From: Vicinamibacteria bacterium
GTDB lineage: Bacteria > Acidobacteriota > Vicinamibacteria > Vicinamibacterales > JAENWD01
NCBI GenBank assembly: GCA_963697705.1
Contig: CAVOPA010000009.1
Span: 240,821-304,820, forward strand
Direction of reading: 5' to 3'
Length of the DNA stretch: 64,000 nucleotides
The notes under the pieces are model-generated. The model was given only the letters and a program-made list of their open reading frames with translations, was not told where the DNA came from and did not search any database. The translations under genes and the position numbers were made by a program. Below are positions 1 through 12,814 of the stretch, piece by piece. The number at the start of each line of letters is the position of its first letter. Positions within the stretch are counted from its first letter, which is position 1.

Positions 1-580
<580 letters not shown>

Positions 581-599
581 TCGGCCAGGTATCTGACGT

Positions 600-2030
<1,431 letters not shown>

Positions 2031-2037
2031 GGACGCC

Positions 2038-2586
2038 ATGGCGCACGAGGAAATCAGCGTCACCCCGTACGGCCTGATGGCCGAGTTCCCGAACGCCAGC
2101 GCGCTCGTCGCCGCCGCGCGCGCGGCGCGCGAGGCGGGCTACACGAAAATCGACGCCTACGCGCCGTACCCCATCATGGAGCTGGTCGACGCGCTGAAGC
2201 TGCCGCGGAACCGCGTGCCGATCGTGGTGCTGATCGGCGGGCTGCTCGGCCTCGCCGCCGGCTACGGGCTCGAGTACTGGGCAACGGTCATCGAGTATCC
2301 GCTCAACATCGGCGGCCGGCCGCTCCACTCGATGCCCCCGTTCATCGTGCCTGCCTACGAGACGACGATCCTCTTCGCCTCGCTCGCGGCGGTGATCGGG
2401 ATGATCGTGCTGAACGGGTTGCCGATGCCGTATCACCCGGTCTTCAACGTGCCGCGGTTCGCGGCGGCGTCGAGCGACGGCTTCTTTCTCACCATCGAGG
2501 CCACCGACCCGAAATACGACCTGCACGGCGCGCGGCAGTTCCTCGAGGGGCTTCATCCACTGGGAGTGTCCGACATTGCGGCGTAG
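2038..2586 (+). CDS. actD: Alternative complex III subunit ActD (DUF3341-type)
   Basis: 182 aa with a soluble N-terminal domain plus two TM helices. Conserved position between actC and actE. Paralog at 15599-16159. Confidence 0.85.
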   Translation: MAHEEISVTPYGLMAEFPNASALVAAARAAREAGYTKIDAYAPYPIMELVDALKLPRNRVPIVVLIGGLLGLAAGYGLEYWATVIEYPLNIGGRPLHSMPPFIVPAYETTILFASLAAVIGMIVLNGLPMPYHPVFNVPRFAAASSDGFFLTIEATDPKYDLHGARQFLEGLHPLGVSDIAA

Positions 2587-3232
2587 CATCGCGCCGGGAC
2601 TGACCTCCCGGCTCCAGATCGTGGTCGCGTGCGGCCTGGCGCTCCTGTCCGGCGCGGCGTGCCGGCAGGACATGCACAACCAGCCGAAGATCAAGGCCTA
2701 CCGCGAGGCGGACTTCTTCGCCGATCGCCGCGGCATGCGGCCCATCCCGGAGCACACCGTCGCGCGCGGGTTCCTCAACGACGACGACCATTTGTTCACC
2801 GGGAAGGTGAACGGCCAGTTCACCGACGAGTTCCCGTTCCAGGTCACGCGTGCCGTGCTGCAGCGCGGGCACGACCGCTTCGAGATCTACTGCACGCCGT
2901 GTCACGGACAGACCGGGATGGGCAACGGCATGGTGGTGCAGCGCGGGTTCCGGCCGCCGCCGTCGTTTCACACCGAGCAGATCCGCAAGCAGACGGTTGG
3001 CTACTGGTACGACGTGATGACCAACGGGTTCGGCGCGATGCCGCCCTACCGCGCGCAGGTCGCGCCCGAGGATCGCTGGGCGATTGCCGCCTACATCCGC
3101 GCCCTGCAATTGAGCCAGCGGGCGACGACGGCGGATGTGCCGCGCGACAAGGTGGCGGAACTCGACGCGCCGCACCCCACGACCGAGCCTGCGGTGAGTG
3201 AGTCCGGCGGCGAGCACGGCGCGGCGCACTGA
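2576..3232 (+). CDS. actE: Alternative complex III monohaem cytochrome c subunit ActE
   Basis: Single CxxCH motif (CTPCHG) and a GAMPPY distal-Met region. N-terminal signal with LLSGAAC. TTG start overlaps the actD end by 11 nt. Confidence 0.85.
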   Translation: MRRSIAPGLTSRLQIVVACGLALLSGAACRQDMHNQPKIKAYREADFFADRRGMRPIPEHTVARGFLNDDDHLFTGKVNGQFTDEFPFQVTRAVLQRGHDRFEIYCTPCHGQTGMGNGMVVQRGFRPPPSFHTEQIRKQTVGYWYDVMTNGFGAMPPYRAQVAPEDRWAIAAYIRALQLSQRATTADVPRDKVAELDAPHPTTEPAVSESGGEHGAAH

Positions 3233-3244
3233 GCAGGGATGGGC

Positions 3245-3376
3245 GCGGCCCACCTGAAGGTGGGCACTACGATGATTGCGGCCCACCTGAGGTGGGCACT
3301 ACGACTGATTGCGGCCACCTGACGGTGGGCACTACGAGGGATTGCGGGCCACCTGAACGTGGCCACTACGACGAGC
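3245..3376. repeat. Four tandem copies of a 33-bp unit, each carrying a short GC-rich hairpin (e.g. GCCCACC-tgaa-GGTGGGC)
   Basis: Copies at 3245-3277, 3278-3310, 3311-3343 and 3344-3376 were read directly from the sequence. In-frame stop codons appear in the + frames, so the array is not coding. It lies in the 237-bp actE-actF gap. Confidence 0.9.
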
Positions 3377-3469
3377 CGTCCCGCGCGGGGTGCAGGACGG
3401 CCGAGCGGGAACGACCGAGACGGATGACCGGGCGGCCGACGGCAGCACCGCCCTCGCGACAGAGACGAC

Positions 3470-4657
3470 ATGGTTGAGACCACCTACACCGCTCCGCCCC
3501 GCGTGGCCAGCTTCCAGCGGATCGCGATGGTCGTCGGCGTCGCCGGCCTGGCGCTCTGCGCGGCCGGCTTCGCGGCAGACCGCGAGCACTTCTTCAAGTC
3601 GTACCTGCTGGCGTACATGTTCTGGATCGGGATCGCGCTCGGTTCGCTGGCGCTGTCGATGGTGCACCACCTGTCGGGGGGCGCCTGGGGCGTCGTCATT
3701 CGCCGGGTGCTCGAAGCGGCGAGCCGCACGTTGCCCTTCATGGCGCTGCTCTTCCTGCCCATCGTCTTCGGGATGCACGAGCTGTACATCTGGACCAATG
3801 CCGACACCGTGGCTCACGACATCATCCTGCAGAAGAAGGCGCCGTACCTGAACGTGACCTTCTTCCTCGTGCGCGCGGCCCTCTACTTCGTGCTCTGGTC
3901 GTCGCTGGCGTTGCTGCTCTCGAAGTGGTCGCTCGAGCAGGAGCGCGAAGGAGAACACGGCCAGTCGCTGCGGATGCAGCGTCTGAGCGGCGCGGGGCTC
4001 GTCATCTACGCCGTGACCATCCTGTTCATGTCGGTCGACTGGGTGATGTCGCTCGACCCGCACTGGTATTCGACGATGTTCGGGATCCTGTTCATGGGCG
4101 GACAGGGGTTGTCCGCCCTCGCGTTCTCGATCGCGGTGGTGGTGCTGCTGTCGCGCACCGAGCCGATGTCACGCGTCATCGCCCCGGCGCATCTTCACGA
4201 TCTCGGCAAGCTGATGCTCGCCTTCGTGATGCTGTGGGCGTACTTCTCCTTCTCGCAGTACCTGATCATCTGGTCGGCGAACCTGCCCGAAGAGATCCCG
4301 TGGTACTTGAAGCGGATGGGCGGCGGATGGCAATGGGTCGGCCTGGCGCTGATCTTCGGCCACTTCGTGCTGCCGTTCGTGCTGCTGCTGTCGAGCGACA
4401 TCAAGAAGAACGGCCGCACGCTCATCGGCGTGGCCATCGCCGTCATCGTGATGCGGGTCGTGGACCTGTTCTGGAACATCGGCCCGATGCACCACGACGC
4501 CAGCTTCGGCGTGACGTGGCTCGACGCGGTGGCGCCGCTCGCACTGGGCGGCGTGTGGGTGGCGCTGTTCCTGTGGCAGTTGCAGTCGCGATCGCTGCTG
4601 CCGATGGGCGAGCCCTATCTGGCCGAGGCACTCGAGCACGGCCGGCACGGGCACTGA
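3470..4657 (+). CDS. actF: Alternative complex III membrane subunit ActF
   Basis: 395-aa polytopic membrane protein with the block HLHDLGKLMLAF..WAYFSFSQYLIIWSANLPEE. Paralog at 16160-17374. Confidence 0.85.
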   Translation: MVETTYTAPPRVASFQRIAMVVGVAGLALCAAGFAADREHFFKSYLLAYMFWIGIALGSLALSMVHHLSGGAWGVVIRRVLEAASRTLPFMALLFLPIVFGMHELYIWTNADTVAHDIILQKKAPYLNVTFFLVRAALYFVLWSSLALLLSKWSLEQEREGEHGQSLRMQRLSGAGLVIYAVTILFMSVDWVMSLDPHWYSTMFGILFMGGQGLSALAFSIAVVVLLSRTEPMSRVIAPAHLHDLGKLMLAFVMLWAYFSFSQYLIIWSANLPEEIPWYLKRMGGGWQWVGLALIFGHFVLPFVLLLSSDIKKNGRTLIGVAIAVIVMRVVDLFWNIGPMHHDASFGVTWLDAVAPLALGGVWVALFLWQLQSRSLLPMGEPYLAEALEHGRHGH

Positions 4658-4671
4658 GGTCGAAAGAGACA

Positions 4672-5247
4672 ATGGCAGATCACGCGCAACCCAGGCCGGC
4701 TGTCACGCCGCCGCTCTCGCACGAGCTGAGCGACGCCGACCCGAGCCCGATTCTGAGGTTCCTGGTGTTCCTGGTGGTGACGACCTCTGTGATCGCCCTG
4801 ATGGTCGTCTACTTCTACAACTACCTCGAACGACGCGAGGCGTCGGAGAAGACGGCGCGATACCCGATGAGCCTGACCGGCGTCGAGCGCCCGGTGCCGC
4901 CACCGCCGCGGCTGCAGAACTATCCGTTCCAGGACATCAAGGAACTGCGGCGGAACGACAAGCCGCTGCTCGATAGCTACGAGTGGATCGACCGTGGCGC
5001 CGGCACGGTCCGGATCCCGGTGGATCGGGCGATGGACCTGCTCGCCGAGCGTGGGCTTCCGTATCGCAAGCCGGGGCAGCCCTCAGCGGCGCCGCCCCCG
5101 CCCGCACCGGGTGCGCAGCCACCCGGGGCTGCAGCAACCGGCGCGTCTCCCGGCGCGTCGGCGGCCTCCAGCGGTGCACAGACGCCGACGGGCAGTTCGA
5201 GTGGGCGTCAGCCAACGACGGCAAGTCCGCCGAAGCCGAAGCCGTAA
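4672..5247 (+). CDS. Single-pass membrane protein associated with ACIII/oxidase operons (possible extra Act subunit), with a Pro/Ala/Ser-rich C-terminal tail
   Basis: ATG at 4672 lies inside the longer track ORF 3925-5247. One TM helix (ILRFLVFLVVTTSVIALMVVYFY), then a conserved-looking block (RIPVDRAMDLLAERGLPYR), then a low-complexity tail. Function not recognised. Confidence 0.6.
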   Translation: MADHAQPRPAVTPPLSHELSDADPSPILRFLVFLVVTTSVIALMVVYFYNYLERREASEKTARYPMSLTGVERPVPPPPRLQNYPFQDIKELRRNDKPLLDSYEWIDRGAGTVRIPVDRAMDLLAERGLPYRKPGQPSAAPPPPAPGAQPPGAAATGASPGASAASSGAQTPTGSSSGRQPTTASPPKPKP

Positions 5248-5378
5248 CGGTCGGCTCCGGGCTCCAGACTCCTGGCCGCGTCTGGCTCCCGGCGACGACG
5301 ATGTAGTGCCCGACTTTAGCCGGGCAAAACAGTCAGACCGATGCAGGGACCGATTCAGTCGGGCAAAGGGCAAGGCAA

Positions 5379-6221
5379 GTGACATCCAGGGTTCTCACCA
5401 CCGCCGTCATAGTGGCGTGTCTCTCGGCAGGCTCGGCATGGGCCCAGAGCACACCGTCGCTCTACGAGCGTGAGTCATCGTCCCAGCCGCCGGCCAACAA
5501 ACTGCCCGAGCTGTTGACCGAGATCGGCCTCGACCAGAAGCTGAACGCGCAGGTGCCGCTCGAACTGCCATTCAAGGATGAAACCGGCCGCGACGTGCGG
5601 CTCGGCGACTTCTTCGGCAAGCGGCCGGTGATCCTCACGCTCGTGTATTACGAGTGCCCGATGCTCTGCACGCAGGTGCTGAACGGCCTGACGAGCGCGC
5701 TCGGCGTGCTCAAATTCAGCGTTGGCCAGCAGTTCGACATCGTCACCGTGAGCTTCGATCCGAAGGAGACCCCGGAGCTCGCGGCGGCGAAGAAGGCGGC
5801 GTACCTGCAGCGCTACAAGCGCGCGAACGCCGAGAGCGGCTGGCACTTCCTGACGGGTGACGAGAAGGCGATCGCGGCGCTGACCAAGGCCGTTGGCTTC
5901 CGCTACGCCTACAACGCGAGCATCGATCAGTACGCGCACGTCAGCGGCATCATGGTGCTGACGCCGGCGGGCAGGATGTCGCGCTACTTCTTCGGCATCG
6001 ATTACGGCCCGCGCGACCTCCGCCTGGCGCTCATCGAAGCCGCGGACCAGAAGATCGGCACGCCGGTGGACCAGCTGCTGCTCTATTGCTTCCATTACGA
6101 CCCGAAGAGCGCACGCTACAGCTTCGCAGTCATGCGGCTGGTCAGGGCCGCCGGCGTCACCACCGTGCTGGCCCTGGTCGCGGGAGTGCTCGTGCTACGG
6201 CGGCGGGAGCGGGTTGAGTGA
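5379..6221 (+). CDS. SCO1/SenC family copper chaperone (CuA assembly)
   Basis: Signal peptide, thioredoxin-like CxxxC motif (CPMLC) with a downstream His, and a C-terminal TM helix. Located just upstream of coxB. Confidence 0.85.
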   Translation: MTSRVLTTAVIVACLSAGSAWAQSTPSLYERESSSQPPANKLPELLTEIGLDQKLNAQVPLELPFKDETGRDVRLGDFFGKRPVILTLVYYECPMLCTQVLNGLTSALGVLKFSVGQQFDIVTVSFDPKETPELAAAKKAAYLQRYKRANAESGWHFLTGDEKAIAALTKAVGFRYAYNASIDQYAHVSGIMVLTPAGRMSRYFFGIDYGPRDLRLALIEAADQKIGTPVDQLLLYCFHYDPKSARYSFAVMRLVRAAGVTTVLALVAGVLVLRRRERVE

Positions 6222-6228
6222 TCCCGCA

Positions 6229-6317
6229 ATGCACAATGAAATGCTGAATGACACTCGGTCCGCGGCGCCGGCTGCCTGCTTCGGGCGCCTTTGTGCATCG
6301 TGCGTTGTGCATCGTGC
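6229..6317 (+). promoter_or_regulatory. Candidate operator/promoter repeats upstream of coxB: ATGCACAA (6229-6236) and two direct TTGTGCATCGTGC copies (6291-6303, 6305-6317)
   Basis: The direct repeat has a 14-bp period, and an inverted half-site lies about 55 bp upstream. All sit in the comparatively AT-richer 120-bp gap between the SCO1 gene and coxB. Confidence 0.3.
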
Positions 6318-6341
6318 ATTACACGTTTGTTGACACGATCC

Positions 6342-7367
6342 ATGCAGCCAGGAACCACATCCCTCTTTCCGGAGCAGGCCTCCACGATCGCCCCGCGCGT
6401 GGACAACCTGTATTTCTTCATCACGTCGGTCAGCGCGTTCTTCGCGGTGGTCGTGACGGTGCTGGTCATCATCTTCGCGATCAAGTATCGGCGGCGCCAT
6501 CCCGACGAGGTGGGCGCGCCGATTCACGGGTCTCTGGCGCTCGAGCTGATCTGGACGGGCATCCCGTTCATCCTGGCGATGGTGATGTTCGTGTGGGGGG
6601 CGAGCGTGTACTTCGCGATCGCCCGGCCGCCGTCCGAGACGCTCGACATCTACGCGGTCGGCAAGCAGTGGATGTGGAAGTTCCAGCACCGCGAAGGACA
6701 GCGCGAGATCAACACGCTGCACGTACCGATCGACACCCCGGTGCGGATGGTCATCACGTCCGAGGACGTGCTGCACGATCTGTATCTGCCAACGTTCCGC
6801 GTGAAGATGGATGCCATCCCCGGGCGCTACACGCAGCTCTGGTTCACGGCCACCAAGCTGGGAACCTATCACCTCTTCTGCGCGGAGTACTGCGGAACGA
6901 AGCACTCCGGCATGGTGGGATGGGTGACGGTGATGCCGCAGGAGGACTACCAGACGTGGCTGAGCGGCGGCGCGACGGAAGGCACGCTCGCCCAGACGGG
7001 CGAGAAGCTGTTCACGCAGCTCGCCTGCGTCACCTGCCACGCGGGCGGCGATACGCAGCGCGGACCCGTACTGAACGGGCTGTTCGGCTCGCAGGTGAAG
7101 CTGGCGAACGGGGAATCGATCGTCGCCAACAACGACTACATCCGCGAGTCGATCCTGAATCCGCAAGCGAAGATCGTGGCCGGCTTCCCCCCCATCATGC
7201 CGACCTTCCAGGGTCAGGTGAGCGAAGAACAGCTGCTCGCGCTGACCGAGTACATCAAGTCCCTGCCGGCGGGTAAGAGCGCACCCGGCGCCGGCGGGCA
7301 GGACTCGTCCAGTTCGACGCCGCCGGCCGGCACGCAGCCGGCCGCTCCGTCGCAGCCCAGGCAGTAG
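6342..7367 (+). CDS. coxB: Cytochrome c oxidase subunit II with fused C-terminal cytochrome c domain (caa3 type)
   Basis: CuA ligand pattern H...CAEYCGTKHSGM and a C-terminal CVTCH haem-c motif. The ATG at 6342 (MQPGTTSLFPEQAST) is preferred over the track start at 6291. Confidence 0.9.
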   Translation: MQPGTTSLFPEQASTIAPRVDNLYFFITSVSAFFAVVVTVLVIIFAIKYRRRHPDEVGAPIHGSLALELIWTGIPFILAMVMFVWGASVYFAIARPPSETLDIYAVGKQWMWKFQHREGQREINTLHVPIDTPVRMVITSEDVLHDLYLPTFRVKMDAIPGRYTQLWFTATKLGTYHLFCAEYCGTKHSGMVGWVTVMPQEDYQTWLSGGATEGTLAQTGEKLFTQLACVTCHAGGDTQRGPVLNGLFGSQVKLANGESIVANNDYIRESILNPQAKIVAGFPPIMPTFQGQVSEEQLLALTEYIKSLPAGKSAPGAGGQDSSSSTPPAGTQPAAPSQPRQ

Positions 7368-7373
7368 AGACTC

Positions 7374-9030
<1,657 letters not shown>

Positions 9031-9038
<8 letters not shown>

Positions 9039-9765
9039 CGCCGCTCTCGCGCACGCCGGCGCACACGGGGCGGCCGACGCCCACGGCCACATCCGGCTGC
9101 AGCATCATTTCGACACGCTCGGCCAGCAGAAGGCCGCCGCCAGCCTCGGCATGTGGGTCTTCATCGCCCAGGAGATCATGTTCTTCGGCGGGATGCTCGC
9201 CGCGTACCTGATCTACCGCCTGTGGTTCTACGCGGGTTACACCGCGGCGAGCCGGGAGCTCGATCTCGTGCTCGGCGGGATCAACACGGCAGTGTTGATC
9301 GGCTCATCCCTGACGGTCGCACTCGCGGTGCACGCGGCGCAGGAAGGGAAGCAGCGCCAGATCCTCGGCTACCTCGGCGCGACCCTGATTCTCGGCCTGG
9401 TGTTCCTCGGCATCAAGTACGTCGAGTACCATTCGAAGTTCGAACTGCACCACGCGCATCACGCCAACGCGATGATCCGGCTCTTCCCGATGCAGGGCTG
9501 GTTCCAGGTCGACGGCGAGCTGGCGCCGATCGCGAACCAGATGCGCATGTTCATGGTCCTGTACTTCGCGCTGACGGGCATGCACGCGCTGCACATGATC
9601 ATCGGCATGGTGCTGCTGCTCATGCTCATGAACATGGCCCGCAAGGGCGCATTCACGCCGCGATGGTACACGCCGGTGGAGCTGTTCGGCCTCTACTGGC
9701 ACTTCGTCGACATCGTCTGGATTTTCCTGTTCCCGCTGTTGTACCTCGTCAATCGTCACCACTGA
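9031..9765 (+). CDS. coxC: Cytochrome c oxidase subunit III
   Basis: Typical subunit III sequence (HHFD...[16 protein letters not shown]...[12 protein letters not shown]). TTG at 9031 is preceded by GGAGG (9020-9024) at 6-nt spacing. The in-frame ATG at 8992 is an alternative start. Confidence 0.9.
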
Positions 9766-9768
9766 GCC

Positions 9769-10107
9769 ATGTCGTCATACGAATTCGCCGAGCACGAGGA
9801 ATACGAGGAACACGTCGTCCCGAAGAGCGTGTACCTGGCGATCTTCGGCGCCCTGATGGTGCTGACGTTGATCACGGTGGCGGTCGCCTTCGTCGACCTC
9901 GGCAACCTGAACGTTCTCGTGGCGATGACCGTCGCGGTGGTCAAGGCCACGCTCGTCGTGCTGTTCTTCATGCACGTCAAGTACGCGTCGCGCATCACCA
10001 AGCTGGTGGTCATCTCGAGCATCGTGTGGCTCGGTTTTCTCTTCTGCATCACCCTCACCGATTACCTGACCCGCGGATGGCTGATGGCGCCGCCGCTACC
10101 GAGATGA
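9769..10107 (+). CDS. coxD: Cytochrome c oxidase subunit IV (small bacterial caa3-type subunit)
   Basis: 112 aa with three TM helices. Sits immediately after coxC. Paralog at 20741-21067. Confidence 0.75.
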   Translation: MSSYEFAEHEEYEEHVVPKSVYLAIFGALMVLTLITVAVAFVDLGNLNVLVAMTVAVVKATLVVLFFMHVKYASRITKLVVISSIVWLGFLFCITLTDYLTRGWLMAPPLPR

Positions 10108-10120
10108 GGGCGCGGCGGGG

Positions 10121-11161
10121 CTAGGACGTCCCGTACCCCCACCCCTGGAGCTGCTCGAGCGCGATCTCGGTCATCGCCGCAATCCATCGCGGCCGATCGT
10201 TCAGCCCTTTCACCAGCTGCAGCGTCTCGCCGCCGGCAGCCCGGAACTGCTCGAGTCCGACGTGCCCGATTTCGTCGATCGTCTCCAGGCAGTCGGCAAC
10301 GAAGCCTGGACAGATCACCGTCACGTCTCGAATACCGGCTCGCGCCAGTGCGACCAGGGTCTCGTCCGTGTACGGGCGCAGCCACGGCTCGCGGCCGGCG
10401 CGCGATTGATAGGAAAGCTGGTACGTGCCATCCGCCCACCCGGCCCGTGCGGCCAGCAACCTCGCGGTCGCCTCGCAGTGCGATGCGTACGGGTCGCCGC
10501 TATCGACGAACCGCTGCGGAATGCCGTGGAAGGAAATGAGGATCTTGCCGGGCCGCCGGGGCAGCGGCGTCATCGCCTCACGAGCCGATTCGGCGAGCGC
10601 CTCGACGTAAGCCGCGTGGGCGTAATAGGGCGGGACCACACGGAGTGCCGGCACGAACCGGGACAGCGACAGCTGCCGGAACACCTCGTCGTAGGTCGAT
10701 CCCGTCGTTGCGCTTGCGTACTGCGGGTAGAGCGGAAACAGCAGCAGCCGGTCCGCCCCCCAGGCCAGCAGCTCCCGCACGGCCGACCCGATCGAGGGAC
10801 TGCCATAGCGCATGCCCAACGCGACCTTGAACCGTCCCGGCTCCTCGCGATTGAGCGCGGCTTCGAAGGCGCGCGCCTGCGATCGCGAGATGACGAGCAA
10901 CGGCGAGCCCTCGCGCGACCAGATCCGCTGATAGAGCGCAGCCGACCGGTGGGGCCGGCGCGGTAATACGAGCAAGCGCAGGACGAACCACCACAGCACC
11001 CGGTTGCGCTCGACGACGCGAGGGTCGCTCAGAAACTGCCGCAGGTAACGACGAAGCGCCGCAGCGGTCGGCGCATCCGGCGTGCCGAGCTGCGCGAGCA
11101 GCACGCCGAGGCGGTCGTTGTTGTGCGCCAGCAGTGCCTCCACACGGCCTTCCTGCAACAA
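10121..11161 (-). CDS. hemH: Ferrochelatase
   Basis: 346 aa with typical blocks (GVLLAQLGTPDAPT, LRRYLRQFLSDPRVV, LFPLYPQYASATTGS, ISFHGIPQRF). Confidence 0.9.
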   Translation of the reverse strand: MLQEGRVEALLAHNNDRLGVLLAQLGTPDAPTAAALRRYLRQFLSDPRVVERNRVLWWFVLRLLVLPRRPHRSAALYQRIWSREGSPLLVISRSQARAFEAALNREEPGRFKVALGMRYGSPSIGSAVRELLAWGADRLLLFPLYPQYASATTGSTYDEVFRQLSLSRFVPALRVVPPYYAHAAYVEALAESAREAMTPLPRRPGKILISFHGIPQRFVDSGDPYASHCEATARLLAARAGWADGTYQLSYQSRAGREPWLRPYTDETLVALARAGIRDVTVICPGFVADCLETIDEIGHVGLEQFRAAGGETLQLVKGLNDRPRWIAAMTEIALEQLQGWGYGTS

Positions 11162-11532
11162 ACCGTGACAATCCGGAAGACCTTTCCTATCATAGCTGCC
11201 GCGTCACAGCCGGAGCCGGCGTGACCGGCACAGTCGGACGTGACGCCACTAGGCTCATGTCGCCCTCCCTCACGGTTCCCTGCGCCGCGCACAGCGTTCC
11301 GGTGCGACACGGGCTCCGGACTGGCGTCTGCTGGGATCGGCGTGAGCGAGGTTTCGGAGACTCCCATCGTGGCTGCATCAGAGCGACAAGGTGGCACCAA
11401 TCGATGCGCGCGGATCGAAGGCGGTGACGTACCGACCAGGGCGCGGCCTCTTCTCTCCAATCCCGCCGTAGCCTTCCGCCATCGCCGCCGGACGAAGCAG
11501 GCTGATCATCGTCCCGTCGTCTCGAGAGTTCG

Positions 11533-12729
11533 ATGAGGACAGTTACCGTGGTCGGCGGAGGGTTCTCCGGGCTCGCGACGGCGTACTACCTGTCGCAGGC
11601 GGGAATCTCCGTCGAGATCCTCGAGAAGACCGACCGGCTCGGCGGCCTGATTGCAACGCTCGAGACGCCACACGGCCCCGTCGAGACCGCGGCGATGGGG
11701 ATGAAGAACTGTGCGCGCGTCGACGCGGTGTGCCGGGACCTCGGGCTTCCGATGCTGTGCTCCACCCGAGCGTCCGGCCGGGCTCGTTACATCTACCGCC
11801 AGCGACCCAGGCGCTGGCCGCTGAACCCAGGCGAGTACCTGACGCTCGCGGCGCGGTTCGCGACGGCGACGGCGCGGGGCTCGCGGCGCCCTCGGCCGCT
11901 CGAGACGGTGGACGAGTGGGGCGCGCGTGTGCTGGGACGGCGGGCCACCCGGTGGCTGATCGGTCCAACCCTCCAGGGCATGTACGCCGGCGATCCGGCG
12001 CGCCTCAGCGCCTCGCTGGTGTTTGGCGCGCGGGAGCGGGCCGCGCCACCTGCACGGAAGGGCCTGATGGCACCCGCACGCGGGATGCAGCAACTCATCG
12101 ACGCGTTGGAATCCCGCCTGCGGGCGCGCGACGTGAGCATCCGCCTGAATACCCCGGCACGGCTGGATGGCTCGACGCCCGCGGTCATCTGCACATCGGC
12201 GCGCGATGCGGCGGAGTGCCTCCGGGACGTTGCCCCGGCCGCGAGCCAGGCGCTGTCGACCATTGACATGCTCCCCCTCGTCCGCATCACCGCCTTCTAC
12301 CCCGAGGACGACGCGCCGCAGCGGGCCCGCGGAATTCTCTTCCCGCGTGGTGGAGACATCCGCGCGCTCGGCGTGTTGTTCAACACCAACATCTTTCCCG
12401 ATCGCGCGGGGCAGTACTCGGAGAGTTGGATTTACGGCGGCGCCGCGGATCGTGATGTCGTCCACCTCGCCGAAGACGATTTGGCGGCGTTGATGGATCG
12501 TGACCGGCAGTTGCTCTGCGGGCGTTCGGTTGCACCCGCCGCACGAGTGGTGCACCGCTGGCGCGCGGCGCTACCGCATTACGACCTGCAGCTGGAATCG
12601 GTGCGGGCGGGCGGCTTCGACCTGCCAAGGGGCGTCTTTCTGGCGGGGAACTACGTGGGAGGCATCGGTGTGACGATGCTGCTCGAACAGGCCGCGGCCG
12701 TCGCCACCCGGGTACGCGAGATGGCGTAA
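11533..12729 (+). CDS. hemY: HemY-type FAD-dependent protoporphyrinogen/coproporphyrinogen oxidase
   Basis: N-terminal dinucleotide fold VTVVGGGFSGLATAYYL. Amine-oxidase-like body. Divergent from hemH. At 398 aa it is shorter than many family members. Substrate cannot be assigned from sequence. Confidence 0.75.
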   Translation: MRTVTVVGGGFSGLATAYYLSQAGISVEILEKTDRLGGLIATLETPHGPVETAAMGMKNCARVDAVCRDLGLPMLCSTRASGRARYIYRQRPRRWPLNPGEYLTLAARFATATARGSRRPRPLETVDEWGARVLGRRATRWLIGPTLQGMYAGDPARLSASLVFGARERAAPPARKGLMAPARGMQQLIDALESRLRARDVSIRLNTPARLDGSTPAVICTSARDAAECLRDVAPAASQALSTIDMLPLVRITAFYPEDDAPQRARGILFPRGGDIRALGVLFNTNIFPDRAGQYSESWIYGGAADRDVVHLAEDDLAALMDRDRQLLCGRSVAPAARVVHRWRAALPHYDLQLESVRAGGFDLPRGVFLAGNYVGGIGVTMLLEQAAAVATRVREMA

Positions 12730-12814
12730 TCGCGTGAGTGCCGAGACGTGCCGCAGTGCCGTTACGTCTGTGGCTCTCGGGTGTTCTGTCCGCAGCGCGC
12801 GAGGAGGAAGCTCG

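Noticed and set aside
3292-3477. 61-aa ORF starting inside the 33-bp tandem repeats.
   Set aside because: It is generated by the repeat itself and the other copies carry stops in that frame. It has no ribosome-binding site and a low-complexity translation.
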